Assembly: GCF_037042905.1 (NCBI RefSeq)
Contig: NC_087246.1
Span: 6,326,001-6,390,000 of the forward strand
Length of the DNA: 64,000 nucleotides
From: Lytechinus pictus
Lineage: Eukaryota
Reading direction: 5' to 3'
How positions within the stretch are numbered: the stretch's first letter is position 1; every line of letters begins with the position of its first letter. A model generated the notes under the pieces. That model was not told where the DNA came from and did no database searches. It saw nothing but the letters and a program-made list of their open reading frames with translations. A program made the position numbers and the translations under genes. This document shows positions 1-12,958 of the stretch, one piece after another.

Positions 1-186
1 CATAGCCCCATTTAATAAGCTGGAATTGATTTCAGATATTATTTGATATAGAGTGTTGAAAAACATATAATTGATATTGATTTTAATTTACTTGTCATTG
101 TAATGGTGAAATCAGCTCACTTGATATTGGCAGATTTAAACGTAAGCAGCTGTCAATGTGAAATATGTTTAAACTTGAAGAGACAT

Positions 187-189
<3 letters not shown>

Positions 190-249
<60 letters not shown>
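190..249. repeat. (TA)n microsatellite
   Basis: About 30 uninterrupted TA units. Confidence 0.98.
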
Positions 250-253
<4 letters not shown>

Positions 254-2040
254 TTATAATCTACAAAGAAATACAATGTTCATGAGCAAAATGAGATAGC
301 TTCCATTGCAAGATTCTGACTACAATCATAAGCACACAAAATAGCTTCATAATAGTTTTTTTTTATTTCCACTATAAAATCCTATAATTCTAGAGAAAAT
401 ATGAAGATGATTATGTCAATTCCGATATACAAATTCACATAAATTTTACCTTGTATCACTAATTGACAATTAAACAAATGGTGACACTAAGCATAATGTC
501 CTTGATAAGGCAGGATTAATCAAATAATGTCTCCTTCAACTTCCTCAGTTTATAGCTGAACAACATATCCATCTCTCCCCCCTCCCTTCCTATCTACCAT
601 TATTCATATTACCCATTTGTTCTTCTCCATCCCTCCCCATTTTCTCTATCTGTATCCACTGAAATGATATTACGCTTGAACCATGATCTCCCCATCTTTG
701 ATCACATTATTACTTGTAAGATGATCACTGACATTTTGAACAGTTGAATACCCGTCAGGGCTTGTTTAAATCATGAGCAATCCTGACAATATACCCAATA
801 ATACAAAACATTGCAGCTTCATTCATGAAACGTTGTTGATCCAATATCATGCTTTGGGTACAATGGAAGAGTTTTATAGGATATATGTGGTGTATTGTTT
901 AGAATGGGGGTTGAGAATGACGGACTAATTATGCTTTGCTCATTATACTGACATGACTTCCGTAACATAATTAAAAAAAACGCCATTCATGGAAAGAGGA
1001 ACGCCAAGATGGGATAATGATATTGGTAAATTTCATGCTGATTAATGAATTAAAAGGCTAAAGATGAAAAAAATTATTAAATCCCTTTCCTTCGATTTAA
1101 TTAAAGTACGAAAGCCACCCTCTTAATCAATTTGAAATGAATTTACATCTACACATCTTTTTATTTTTGATAAATCAACTCAAGTTATTATCTTATTGGT
1201 ATGTCAATGGTTCAGGATCTTATAAAAAGTAAAATTATCATTAAGATGAAATCGATCCCTTTCGCATATCTTAATACTTTCATATGCCCACCATGAGAGC
1301 AAATAGTCTTATTTTTGTAACATATTTTCATTATACTGGGTAACGATGGCAACATGACTCATTCTGTACAGATTGAAATGGTTACAAGTCGGAGGATTAA
1401 ATCTGGATCAAGGTTGATTTTAGGGAATTTGTTATCATGACTACCCCCATACCTAGGCTTAATACTTACTGCAGTCACAACATAAACCATCAACGTGAGC
1501 AATATCAGTTTTTAATCATTTATCAGTCATCCCCGCTGAAGCTGTAAGCAGTAGGAATACTTCCACTGTATGTACACACCCTGTTTTGAGTTTCAATTAT
1601 CACGTTCATAGATAAACCACCTTAATTATCACAAGAATGTTCTTATCAAAATACGGGAGTGTAACATGCTCATTCTGCTTTAAAATACACTGCTGTCGAA
1701 TTACGTAATTTTCACTTTCTATTATATTTTCTTCTTTCAGTTTTGAATTTTATTAATGGTCGGAAACCAACATTATATTTATAATGCTATATAATGCAAG
1801 TTGACCTGTAACCATTTTCGAAATACATTACGATTTGTGGGCTTATGAGTAAAGGCACTTTGATGACGTTTTTTATCATTTATACAAAGGAATATACTAT
1901 GACCGTACCGTAAAAATACTGCACAATATCTTCACAATTACAACTTTACCTTTTTTGCTAACCACGCTATCAACTCTCAATCATCTCTGCCCCCTACATC
2001 CTCTCCCCTTCTCTCTCTCTCTTTCACATACACCCCTTAA

Positions 2041-2715
2041 TAGATTTTGATTTTGATTAGATTTGATTTATTTTTTCTTCTGCATTCATAACATTCGTAT
2101 ACAATACAATTTCATTACGTAACAAACATAATATATCGGTAATTGATTTTGGTATGCATCATAAAGAAAAAATTAAAAATAAAAAAGTCATTGTAAAGAA
2201 ATATGATCTACTACCAACAAAGAAAATTAACATTTACAGTTTGCAGAAGGATTGTCATTATAAGCAGATTGCTTGAAAACAAATGACAACCCGGGAATAA
2301 AACTCATTAAATTAATACATACATTTATAAAGCGAAAGGGAAATGTTATTTTGTTCATAATTTTATAATGATGAAGATGAAGATGAATGAGGATGATGGT
2401 GATAGTGGTGAAAATGAAGGCCATGATGGAGATGGAGATGATGATGATGGTCATGGGAGAGTATTTGGTGATGATTATATCACAGGAAACGTGATTTAAT
2501 GATTAACTGAAATACTGACACAGAAAACTTACTTTGAATATTCTGATAATAAATGGATTTAACATTTGCCTTGAAAGAGTAAAGAGATGAACATTTTTGA
2601 TAGACTCTGGTAGAGAGTTCCATAAATCGGGACCGTGGTTTCTTATGGATCTCTGTGCAATGGGCAATTTGATCTTCAAACTTATAAAACTGAAGAAATC
2701 ATAAGGTTCAAACAC
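2041..2715 (-). mobile_element. 5'-truncated LINE 3' end (L2/Crack/CR1-group-like) with ORF2 C-terminal remnant
   Basis: Minus ORF 2503..2715 contains ...LPIAQRSIRNHGPDLWNSLPESIKN, the 'S.R..GP.LWNSLP..IK' motif at the end of such ORF2s. On the minus strand it is followed by a stem-loop (ttgtcatt...aagc...gctt...aatgacaa, about 2250-2290) and an (AATCA)-like tail at about 2041-2070. Confidence 0.75.
2367..2452. repeat. degenerate (GAT)n microsatellite
   Basis: Run of gat/gaa/ggt triplets; it explains the Ile/His-rich ORF 2227..2454. Confidence 0.85.
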
Positions 2716-5700
2716 AGAGGTAAAAACAGGTCTCGATACATTGAAGTCTTATATGGCTTCATGTGTATGTATATAACCAAAAATCAGTGACGTGGGATCT
2801 ACTTTGTTTTGCATCCTGTAATTTCCTCTAATACCACAAGACAGTTTATTCGTTTGCGTTTCGTCATTTCTGAACTTTTATCTGTCCTCCACCCATCTAA
2901 TCTCATATCCTTTGAAAATCATCTTTAATAAGGAGTGAAATGACAAGCATGTTTGCCGAACGTGCCGATGTAAATACAATTACACAAACATTAACACAAA
3001 CTATCCAACAAAAACTAGTTTGTATACACAGAAAATGGCACGAAACATGAATACTGCCAATTAGCTTCCAAGCTGAGAGAAAATTTCCCCCTTGCAATAA
3101 CCAAGATAACGTTTCTATGACACTTTGGTAGCAACAATACGATAGTAATAATGCATTTTGATATCGGTTGCTTTTCATGAAAATGTCAAATGCATTAAGC
3201 GTACTGATCATATGATGGTGAGTGAAATATAATATTTAAAATGACTAACTCTCCTGTCTTCTCCACTCTAAATATGACTGAAATCATATCAAAAGTAGTT
3301 TGATTTTTCTTCTTTTACTATAAGGAAAAGTATTGAGGTGGGTTATTGAAGATGAAACGTTCTTTCAATCTCTGCTGGCCTTCATCTGCAAAATAGCTGT
3401 TGATATTTCGTTAGTCGATAATTGCAATACGTCACACTTTACACTAAATGTACAAATATTTTCATAAATTCCATAAAAAGATCTAATTTTATTGTATCAA
3501 TCGAGTAATGACGTATCTATTTATTTATGAATTTGTATTGGTTAAATTCCCCTTTTGGGTTATTTGTACACATTATTACGGAATAAATGTGGTTGTTTTG
3601 GGATCTTTTTCTAGCCCATTCGGTGAAATAGATTTTTGTTTTTATCATCAGAGAATATAGCACAAGGTTAAATATATCTATACTTTAATACAAGCTTGAA
3701 GTCATCATCGTATCAAACAGATATAAATGACAATTTTCTTTTGTATATTCTAACGCATTTACATTTATCTATTCTTTTAGACGAACAATATTTTAGTCAC
3801 TAAGTACTTAAGTAATAAAGATCGTAAAATAAAAGCAACTCATGTTTGCTTAGTTAACGAATGATAAATGCAAACTGAATAATCTACTTAACTGTGTTTA
3901 GGGTGTATCTATTTATTCTTTACCTTTATAATGAAATAAGATGAAACTACATCACTTTCAACTCTACATGCAGGAGTTGCAATTTGGTAGAATATTTCGA
4001 TTACTGATATCCAATGTCGAACCAGTCATGTATTATTTAAAAAATGAAAAATTGAACACTTCCACAGTTTTAGTCACAATTAATTTTAATTACGATTTAT
4101 TACGTGGCAGTCATGGACCACTTTTCATCATTTTATAATGGCAACATCAGGCTTAAAGTACAATCTGAAAAAAAAAATAATTTCAATTATGTTAATTGAT
4201 GTCAACAAATACATAACTAAAAATTTCTTCCCATATTAGAATAATTTTTGTTTTTATTAAAATCCAAAGGGAAAACACCGTTAACTCTATTAGCTACATT
4301 TACATTAATTTGAGTTGCATTTGAGCAAATTTCTTTATTCATTTCCGGAAACGAAAAAACACAAATGATTTGAATTTGTCATTAATTATATTTTTTGGAA
4401 GAAATGCATATGACGAAATGGCTACGATATCATAATATGAATATATATATTATGTTTCCCTTTAAAGAGTAAAATGAATTTTGAAGAAATCCAAGTATAT
4501 ATGTTTACCATTAATTCATAGTTTATCTAGAGTTTGATAATAATACCTACCTCGTCTTGAACCTCGACTCTTATGTGAAGTAGGTAGATCAAAACTCAAT
4601 GAAGTCTGGTATCGATTTACTTTCTTTTTAGAAGTGACACGCCTTTCGAGAGTAAATTCATTTAGGATCACGCATAAAATCCACTTTACATTGAAAATCA
4701 TCAAATTCTGAGCAAAGAATTGGAGTAATAATCATGGTAACGATTTCCTATTAAGGTTGAGTTTTTCGATTCAAGTTCTACGCAGTGAAAAGTTTGGGTA
4801 ATTCTCCCAGCCTGATGATCTAGTGTTATGTAACATGTCAGCTACCAGGCGACGGGAGGCTTCAATTTCTCGCGTCGATATCGGGAATAGCAAGCAAATT
4901 CAAATCTCAAGTGACCAGGCAGTGTTAGATCGTGTAATTAAATCAAGGATCGTTATCCACTCCTCTTCCCATGTCTCATCCTTAGCTTTAATTTTCTCCC
5001 AGTTTATAAATCTCTGTATATCAATGCGAGAGAAGATCTATCATCTCTCTGACTTTATAAACGGTTGCCACACAACATCAAAGGGCAAGGAGTGAGCGAT
5101 TGTAAGCTGCGACCGTCTGCTGTATAGTTTGTGTTTGATTTTGATGTGTTTCTCCCGCGCAAATATCGTACTCGCTTGAATAGGCAACCACCAGGTGGGC
5201 GGCAAGTTATAGTTAAACCTCTATCCTTTTTTCTTCTCCTACGCAGTACATTGTCCGCGAAAAGTCAAAGACATGTCTCTCTTTAAGGTGAATGTTTTCC
5301 AGATTTATCATTTATTACTTCTGTTCACTTTCAAATTAAATAGATAAATCATAGTTATATATATACGAAGCGATTGATTAAGTTAAATGTTAATAGAACA
5401 TGGACAATATGAAGCACATGGATAAACTTTCATATTATTTATTATGTAACAATTTTTTCGTACTTTGATTTTTGACTGGTTTGAATGAATTCAATTCAAT
5501 TCACTTCATTTTTTGCCCAACTATTTTAAGAGGGTACCATTAGAACGGTTAAAAGTAAGCAGTATTCCCTTGCCCTTCTCCTGTTACATCTACTGTTTTG
5601 TATATGGGGCACAGAAAGTGCGCTTATTTCCATCCCTATTTGGGAGTGTCAAGCCTTTTTCGTTTAAGAATGGGATGTATATGTTTAAATAAAGATTAGT

Positions 5701-5759
5701 GAAGGTTCGTGCCTCTGCTAACATGTAAGGGTGCATTTTTCAAAGCGGCAAGGAGGCAG

Positions 5760-5815
5760 AGGTCAATGTGACCTTCAAAGTGGCGCCTTTGACGTTAATT
5801 AAACACGTGGTTGAC
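5760..5815. promoter_or_regulatory. candidate cis-regulatory motif cluster with perfect IR3 nuclear-receptor element
   Basis: AGGTCA-atg-TGACCT at 5760-5774, then TTCAAAG (TCF/LEF-like), TTAATTAA (homeodomain) and CACGTG (E-box) within 55 bp. Confidence 0.4.
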
Positions 5816-6883
5816 CCTTGCAACATCAGTCTTATCAACTTCACACTGTGTTTTCTCTTCTCCTCTCCCTCCCCTTCCTTCTCTTCCCCCTACCCTTCCT
5901 CCCCCTTCTCCTCCCATCCCTATCATCATCTAACTTCACGTTTTAATATACTGCTTTATTAAATGTACTCGGGGTACTACACTATTAAAGAAAACTTCTA
6001 CTTTCTTCCGAGACATAAATTTTCTACCATCTCTTAACACGCCGACAATAAACAAAATACATTTTCATATCAAGCCCACCTAGGAAGTTGCACACCATTG
6101 CTTCACTCTCAAACACACAAGTCTACCATATTGATCATAATATGCTTGATATAGATATGTCTTGCTTTAATTGAAAATAATATATAAATCTCCCCCCCCC
6201 CCCTCCTCTCTCTCTCTCATATATATAATATCACATCACACACACCCACCCACATTCCCTTTGAATAGATCACGATAATATAAATTGTTTAATCTGCAAA
6301 AACTATGAATTGTTCCTTACCATTTCAGGTCGTATAGGACATGTAGGATATGGATAGGTTATAAAACATGTAATCAAATCACGGTAAACTATCACTAGCT
6401 TGCTCCCATAGTCAAAGCTTGTCCGAACACCTTTTATATGTGTTTGGCTGCATGTGGAATACGCATTTGTTAGACCAGAGATGTGCGGAGTTGTGTGAGG
6501 ATGAATGCGGAAATGGGCGTGCACAACCCGTTCTCAGGACCATGTTGACGCCAAATACAGCAATGTGGAAACGCCTAGATCCTTCTCAGCGTGGTGTCAC
6601 TGCGTGACTGCGTTGAATACTCACGATGACCGAATTACGGTATCGGATGTTCATGGAGAAGTGATAGAAACCAAATTATATCATTTTTCTTTAATTCCCG
6701 GAACAATCACCATTAACGCCGATTTTCAAATATTTTGTTGTTCATGTTTTGTTAGTGAACACAACTATATGTTTGAGTATGTGTGTGGGGGGAGGGTTAA
6801 TTCATATGAGCAATTCCCGGGAGCAAGCTGCATCATCTTAACACGATTAGGTCATCAATGATGAGAATGTAACTAATAACCTG

Positions 6884-7129
6884 GGCCCCAATCGATCGTA
6901 ACTCTATGAAAATCCATCAATGTCATAATCTTTTTTACAGGAAATTTGCAAATTGTCATTTGTAAACAAAGGAGAACACACCAAATTGTCAAGAAATAAA
7001 AAAATGATGGATGTATATTCATATCTAGATTTTTTTTAAGAAATAAACATGTATTTTATATGTTGACTTTGCTGGCTTTCCATAGTTGCGATTGATTGGA
7101 TCAATTGTAACTCATTGTAAGATGGGGCC
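6884..7129. mobile_element. MITE with GGCCCC termini and CTG TSD (Harbinger-like), family copy 1
   Basis: ctg|ggcccc...gtaagatggggcc|ctg. The body is the reverse complement of the copy at 42609-42861, and the left TIR is partly deleted. Confidence 0.85.
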
Positions 7130-9271
7130 CTGGTCAATATCTATATTCATGAGTTCATGAGAGAAGTCTTTTTTCCATTGATTGTCATCTCATGAATGCT
7201 TTTACGAGATACCATTCTAGATTTGGTTCAGCTCATCCAACATGGGAATACACGATAGCATTTATATATTCGATGTGGCACGATACATATTAGGATAGCT
7301 GGTGGATTATGTTTGAAGTGATATATTCACATTCATTTATCAACCTGGATTAGAGACAAGGGAGTGGTGATAAGTAGAAACAATGACATTGATTGGACCA
7401 CTTTATACTATAAAGCCAACCCAGGGCCATTTTAAACAAATACTGAAATTCAAAATTGATTGCCATCGAAGATGACATATGTATAAATGGTCAAATAGAT
7501 TTACAGTGCATTGAGAGAGGGTTAGGTTATTTTATTTCTCAATTCAACATTTTTAAGATGTTATTTCGACGAAATTATCCTTCTGTTCTCTTTTATTTAT
7601 TCATCACTATTTCATTTTGCCTTATTTCTCGCAGTCATATTTCCCCCATTACATTAAAGCAAATTCAGCATAAACTGTTTTAGTATGACCTAGGCCTTTC
7701 ATGCATTCAAGATTAAAAATATTACATATTCCCCACTCTCTCTCTCTCTCTCTCTTTTATTTTGTTTTCATTTCATATGAACATCAATTTTTTTCCATTT
7801 CACAAATTTCTTCATTTTCGTAAAGATAAATCGATACAAAATGAGTTTGTCATAAAGAATAAGATATGTAAAGTAAAATTAAAAACATGTGACGTGATAC
7901 GTCTGTATACACAATACAATATATCTATAACAGTTACCATCTCTTTTTTTTTGTCCTAATCGCTTTAATTTTTTTCATCTTTTTCATGTCTATGCCTTAT
8001 TAAAACAGAACTCCTTCCTAATTAGAATTTGTTACTTTATCAAACCTTTATTAATTCCATTTTCTTAGTATCCGGCACCCATAGATGTTTTTCATCTCAC
8101 TCCGGCTATCTAAGCACACGTCAGTCTAACCATTCATTTTCATGTATGTATCCATTACCAATCATTTATAGGTTCCGATTGTTTATCAAGGTAGTTGTCA
8201 TTATCGCCAACCCTTGTTATTTAGATCGACCCGCTTGTTTTTAATCAGCCCGAATAGTCACTCCAATGTGCTGTTAGCAACTACAGCGATAAAACACCTG
8301 TATATAGTTGCTTGATGTACCCCCCCCCCCAATCTTGCCAGCAAGGACAAGAAGGATCTCGAGATTATCGAGATTATCGAGATTATTATACGTAATAGGA
8401 ACCAACCTGAATGTTTTATAAAGTAAATTAGTCGTTTTAAACATCGCAATTAACAATGATAATATTCATTAGATATTCATGCCATCACTCGTGATATTCA
8501 GTTTGTTTATTTGTTTGTTTGTTTCTTTAGATTTGTAAGTCAGGAAGAAGTACACTATTCGGTGTTTTATTTATCTGTACATGACCCCGATTTCGCCTCC
8601 ATCAATACAGTAGCATTGCTTTGAACCAGTAAACAGTGTTCAATTGAACCCTAGTCTGTAAAATAAAATTATTATGAAAGCTGTACAGAGGACGAAAGAA
8701 AAACTGAGATGAGGAAAAAGAAGACAAAAAATCGATCGGGATTTTATTTGTTTCACCTGCTCCTTTAATCACCATCATGTTCTAAAATCTAACGCATCTA
8801 CAGTGGTGGATTGTTGGTGGTAGCGGGTAAAACTCATCTTTTTTGGGACCCTCAAAAAGTCAGCCAAGCGGGGTAAATAAATCAATATTAATTACTGGGC
8901 ACAGTTACTATTCTAGGACGACGTCACCACCCTCAATCATATTTGTATGTAGAATGGATCAAGGGATGCTTTCTTTGTTATCTCTACAAGACAGTTTTTT
9001 GATTTTTTTTTTTCAAAAAGATATAGGGAGATTTTAGATTAAGATAATTACTCGTCCTTGACTTTGTAATAAAAAATGTAAGATTAATAGGACAAAAATA
9101 AATGAAACAGCGACAAGGTAAGATCTAAAGTGTTAGATTATTCATGATAAGGGGTAGAAAGAGATAGAATGGGATGAAAACTGAGTTACAGTGAAAACCT
9201 ATGAAGAGAGTAAACGAATATAGTGATGTGTTGTTAAAAACACAATTTTATAGATGAATGTTAAGATTATA

Positions 9272-9565
9272 CACTGTTAGAAAATGTCTACTTAAAATAA
9301 AAAAATACTGCAGCAGAGTGTCGAGAATACCTGTAACCTTACTGCCCTGAGTAATCTTACATGCATTTGTGTAAAATTACAGAAAATTTGTATTTGGTGT
9401 ATTTAACCTTACAAATTTATTGTAATAAAACTGATTTCCCTTTTTTTTTAACAGACCTGTTCAGTAAAATTGTAGAAAATCTTTCCTGTTATAACAATTT
9501 AAAGAATGATTTGGTTATTTCTTTCTGTAAAATATGTTGTTTATTTTTCCTTCTTTTTTAACAGT
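9272..9565. mobile_element. degenerate CAC-ended MITE
   Basis: ta|cactgttagaaaa ... ttttttaacagt ends, with internal repeated tgtaaaat/ttacag motifs. Confidence 0.5.
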
Positions 9566-11333
9566 ATTCATGACCAAATATAAATTCATGAGGATTTTAA
9601 TTCAAACTGCAAAGTGAAAGCAAATAAAAATTAGCGTATATATGGGCCAATAAGAGCTCTAAAAACCCATTCACGTACAACTTCACGTATACCTGTGCTG
9701 GTTTGCCAAAATGCTGTAGATCTACTTTATCAGAATTGACCAAAACAATTACCGCGAACTTTACGGAAATTTTGATCAATATTAAATCAATTTAGGCAAT
9801 TCCGCTGTAATAGTCCGGAGAAGATTAAGCGCCATTGTTGGGTAGTATATTAGGTTTTTAATAGAGGCAGAATTAGTCAGGGCAGACTATAGCATAATAT
9901 TTATGCTCTCGTTTGTATTGTAGCAACTGTGATTTTTGCATGTGGTTGCATTAAATTGTTATGTGGAAAATACTTGCAATCTCTCGATGGTCATTACGAT
10001 ATGCATAAATGTAAAAATATGAAGAAGAAAATAATGAGGCGAAATCATAATTTCTAATTGCTTTGAATGAAATACATTTAATAGTACTCATATCATGTAC
10101 GTCATTTCGTAAAATAGTTACTTCTTCGGAATTCTTCTCTCTTCCCGAACAAAGGATAAAGTGATGTTAAAAATTGTGCTTTTCTGTATACTGAAACCAC
10201 CCCCCAAAAAAAACATTCTGCCTAATGTGAAAAATATAAAACTTATCATCCCACCATAATCAGGAATTCATGCTTTATTTTTTAAGAATGAATACCGAAT
10301 CATATAGAAAATACAATTCTACACAAGTAAATTACCAGGCGACATCAACTAGCAGAATAGTTTATAGAAATACAACAGATAATTGTATGGCTATATGGGC
10401 AATAAAATCCGTCAATCAAGGACGAACCCCAAATATTTCCGAACCATCAACGTTAATGTATAATCCCACAAACATTGATGCCATTTGCAGAGGAGAAAAG
10501 AGAAGGCTTTCTTTTAATTTAAAATGACATTTCCAGTACTTGTTTCCTCCAATTTATCGGGACGTTACCACGCAAAAAACAACAATAACAACATCTACGG
10601 TGAAGATAATTCCAGACCACTTTCGGTTTCATTAAAAAGGAAATAGAGCTCGTTCAGATGATGTATATATTGTTTATTCGGAGAAAGTATTTTCTTTGTG
10701 TGACGTGTATGTAAATGTATAAGGTTGTATCCTTTTATGTATTGTACATGTTCAGATGGAGAGTGATTTTCACATCAACAATCATGACAATGAAAATATT
10801 TTCCTTTTCGGTTAAATTCATTATCATCAGTTAATAATAAATGAAATTTGATAACAGGTTTTGTTGTCAATAAATGAAATATTATTTTTCTTATTCTTTT
10901 CTATTTCAAAAGGTCGCTTCAAAAACAAAAACAACAAACTTAATATCATGAGTGATTTTTGTCATAATTCTTGGCAAAAAGTAATCATTCAAATATACAT
11001 ATTTTTTTACCTCTGAGAAAAATATACCCAGTATACTCTTTCAGATACTACTTAAACAAATATTTGTTTGAAGTGTTATTCCCCTCCGTACTTTAGATCT
11101 TGTCAATTGAAAATCATCATGTACAAGTATAAAATTCATGAAGTCATAATTATTTATACCAAAAGGAAGGATTCTAATTTGGCTGCGATTATTTTTTATA
11201 TAAACCATTTTTTCCCTTTTTTAACTGCTACCAGTAGTATTTTTTAACAGCAAAATCGTATTCACTATTTTTTTCAGGGGTGTGGAGCTTTGAGTGATTA
11301 TACAGTTATATGTGTTTTTATAAATTTGAGGTA

Positions 11334-11669
11334 CACTCTAAAAACAAATCAGTCAAAAGTGACTAGTAAATAGGGTCATACCCCTTTCACAAACCCATCC
11401 TCCAATTATCCGCCTAGGTCCCGTTCCGATTTTACAACCAAATTATGCGGATATTATCGGCATAATTGGGTTTGTGAAAGGGGTATCAGCTGGGTGCAAC
11501 TATTATTCTAGTTTTATATGACTATTTTCTAGTCGTATTTTACTAGAACAGAGCTATTTCTGACAAGAATATATGTCAGAAATGTGACTATCACTGATTG
11601 CCATTTCAGTTGCACCAAGCTGACTACTGCCACTGGTCTAGTCAATTTGACTGATTTGTATTAAGAGTG
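11334..11669. mobile_element. CAC-ended MITE (CMC/EnSpm-like, 2-bp TA TSD) hosting a nested insertion
   Basis: ta|cactctaaaaacaaatcagtcaaa...tttgactgatttgtattaagagtg|ta, with imperfect long TIRs. Confidence 0.85.
11379..11485. mobile_element. 107-bp Harbinger-like mini-MITE (TCA TSD) nested in the preceding MITE
   Basis: tca|tacccctttcacaaaccca ... tgggtttgtgaaaggggta|tca: a perfect 19-bp TIR and 3-bp TSD. Confidence 0.9.
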
Positions 11670-12737
11670 TATGTGTATAATACTACTCTTATTTAAAAGG
11701 TCCATGTTCTAGAAGCAATGTTTTGAAAAAGTCGGGTCAGTAAAACAAAGTATTGAATTTAACAGGTTTGGGGCAAAATTGTACAATCAGGCAAAACATG
11801 TGAAAAAAAAACAATGTGAAAAATAGCTTCATTAAAAAAATATACATATTCATGTATATTATTGTTTTATTTCATAAAATAAGAAAACATACCCAATGCA
11901 AAAAAAATTTCTTGAATCATATGGAATTGCTTTTTAGAGAGGTTAAAGGAATCTAGGGTATGTCCCCTATCCTTGTTAAGTGTTATATCAGATGTGTCGT
12001 ATTCAATTGTAGCAAATTAGAACAGAGAAGAGTCTTCGGTCCCGATGTTCACTCACCTGATATAGATTATGTTCGAGTATTATGGTATACATCTGGGTTT
12101 GCTGCTCCCAAATGAAAAGGGAAAATGGGTTTGTCACTAGGGTGGTGGATAGAGTTATTAAATACCATCAGGTTGAATGGTTCTAATAAGCACACATTGT
12201 TTGAATTAATCTCATTTTGGAAAGAACGCATATAAGAATTAAAAGAAGGATTGAGAATGATTTATTTGGAATAATTTAATTTTCAACAGTGTTTCTGGGA
12301 AAGGTTGTCAGCATTATTCAATGAACTAAATAGTTTAAGCAAGGCACACATGGGTCCACACTGTAATATTTTTTTATTGGTACCATGGTCATGATTTGAA
12401 AGTAATGCAATTAAATTACAATGCCATAATGAAATGAGCGTTAGTTATTCGTTAGCAGGGAGTGAAAAGGGAATGTCGACAGAAGAAAAAAAACATCTCA
12501 ATATTATTTATCATGCCGATAATCATAAATGATTATTAAACAATTCCCATTTATACCATTTGTAATAATGTAATTGTGTTTTGATTTCATACACACCAAT
12601 AAATAGATGTTCACATTTGGACAGTGACTTGAACACTGGTAACACATTTTATAGATGTAATCTTGCAACGTAGGTGGAAAAGATGTGCAAACATTTACCT
12701 TTTTATCATTATTTGCAGCAAAAAAAAAATTAGTTTA

Positions 12738-12958
12738 CACCGTAAAAGGTGCGATTTTTAAGGTGCATAATACTAAATATCAAGAAAGGTTCAATTTTGC
12801 ACCTTTATTTCAATGTGCATTTATAAACTATTTGGGTGCTTGATTTTGCTATCGACATCCTTCAAGGTGTAAAAATTAGCATAATTACACTCATTAGCAC
12901 GCCATTGTTATGTACCGACCCAATTGGGTTCAAATTTGAAACCATATTTCTTAGTGTG
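12738..12958. mobile_element. degenerate CAC-ended MITE
   Basis: cacc-gtaaaa...ttcttagtgtg ends, with repeated aaggtgca/tgcacctt motifs. Confidence 0.4.

Noticed and set aside
6303..6861. three overlapping ORFs (62-118 aa) as a gene
   Set aside because: No recognisable domain, alternative starts and no consistent splice structure.
8520..8540. acceptor followed 4 nt later by gtaagt (micro-exon)
   Set aside because: The pyrimidine tract is a (TTTG)n repeat; a chance match is likely and there is no supporting gene context.
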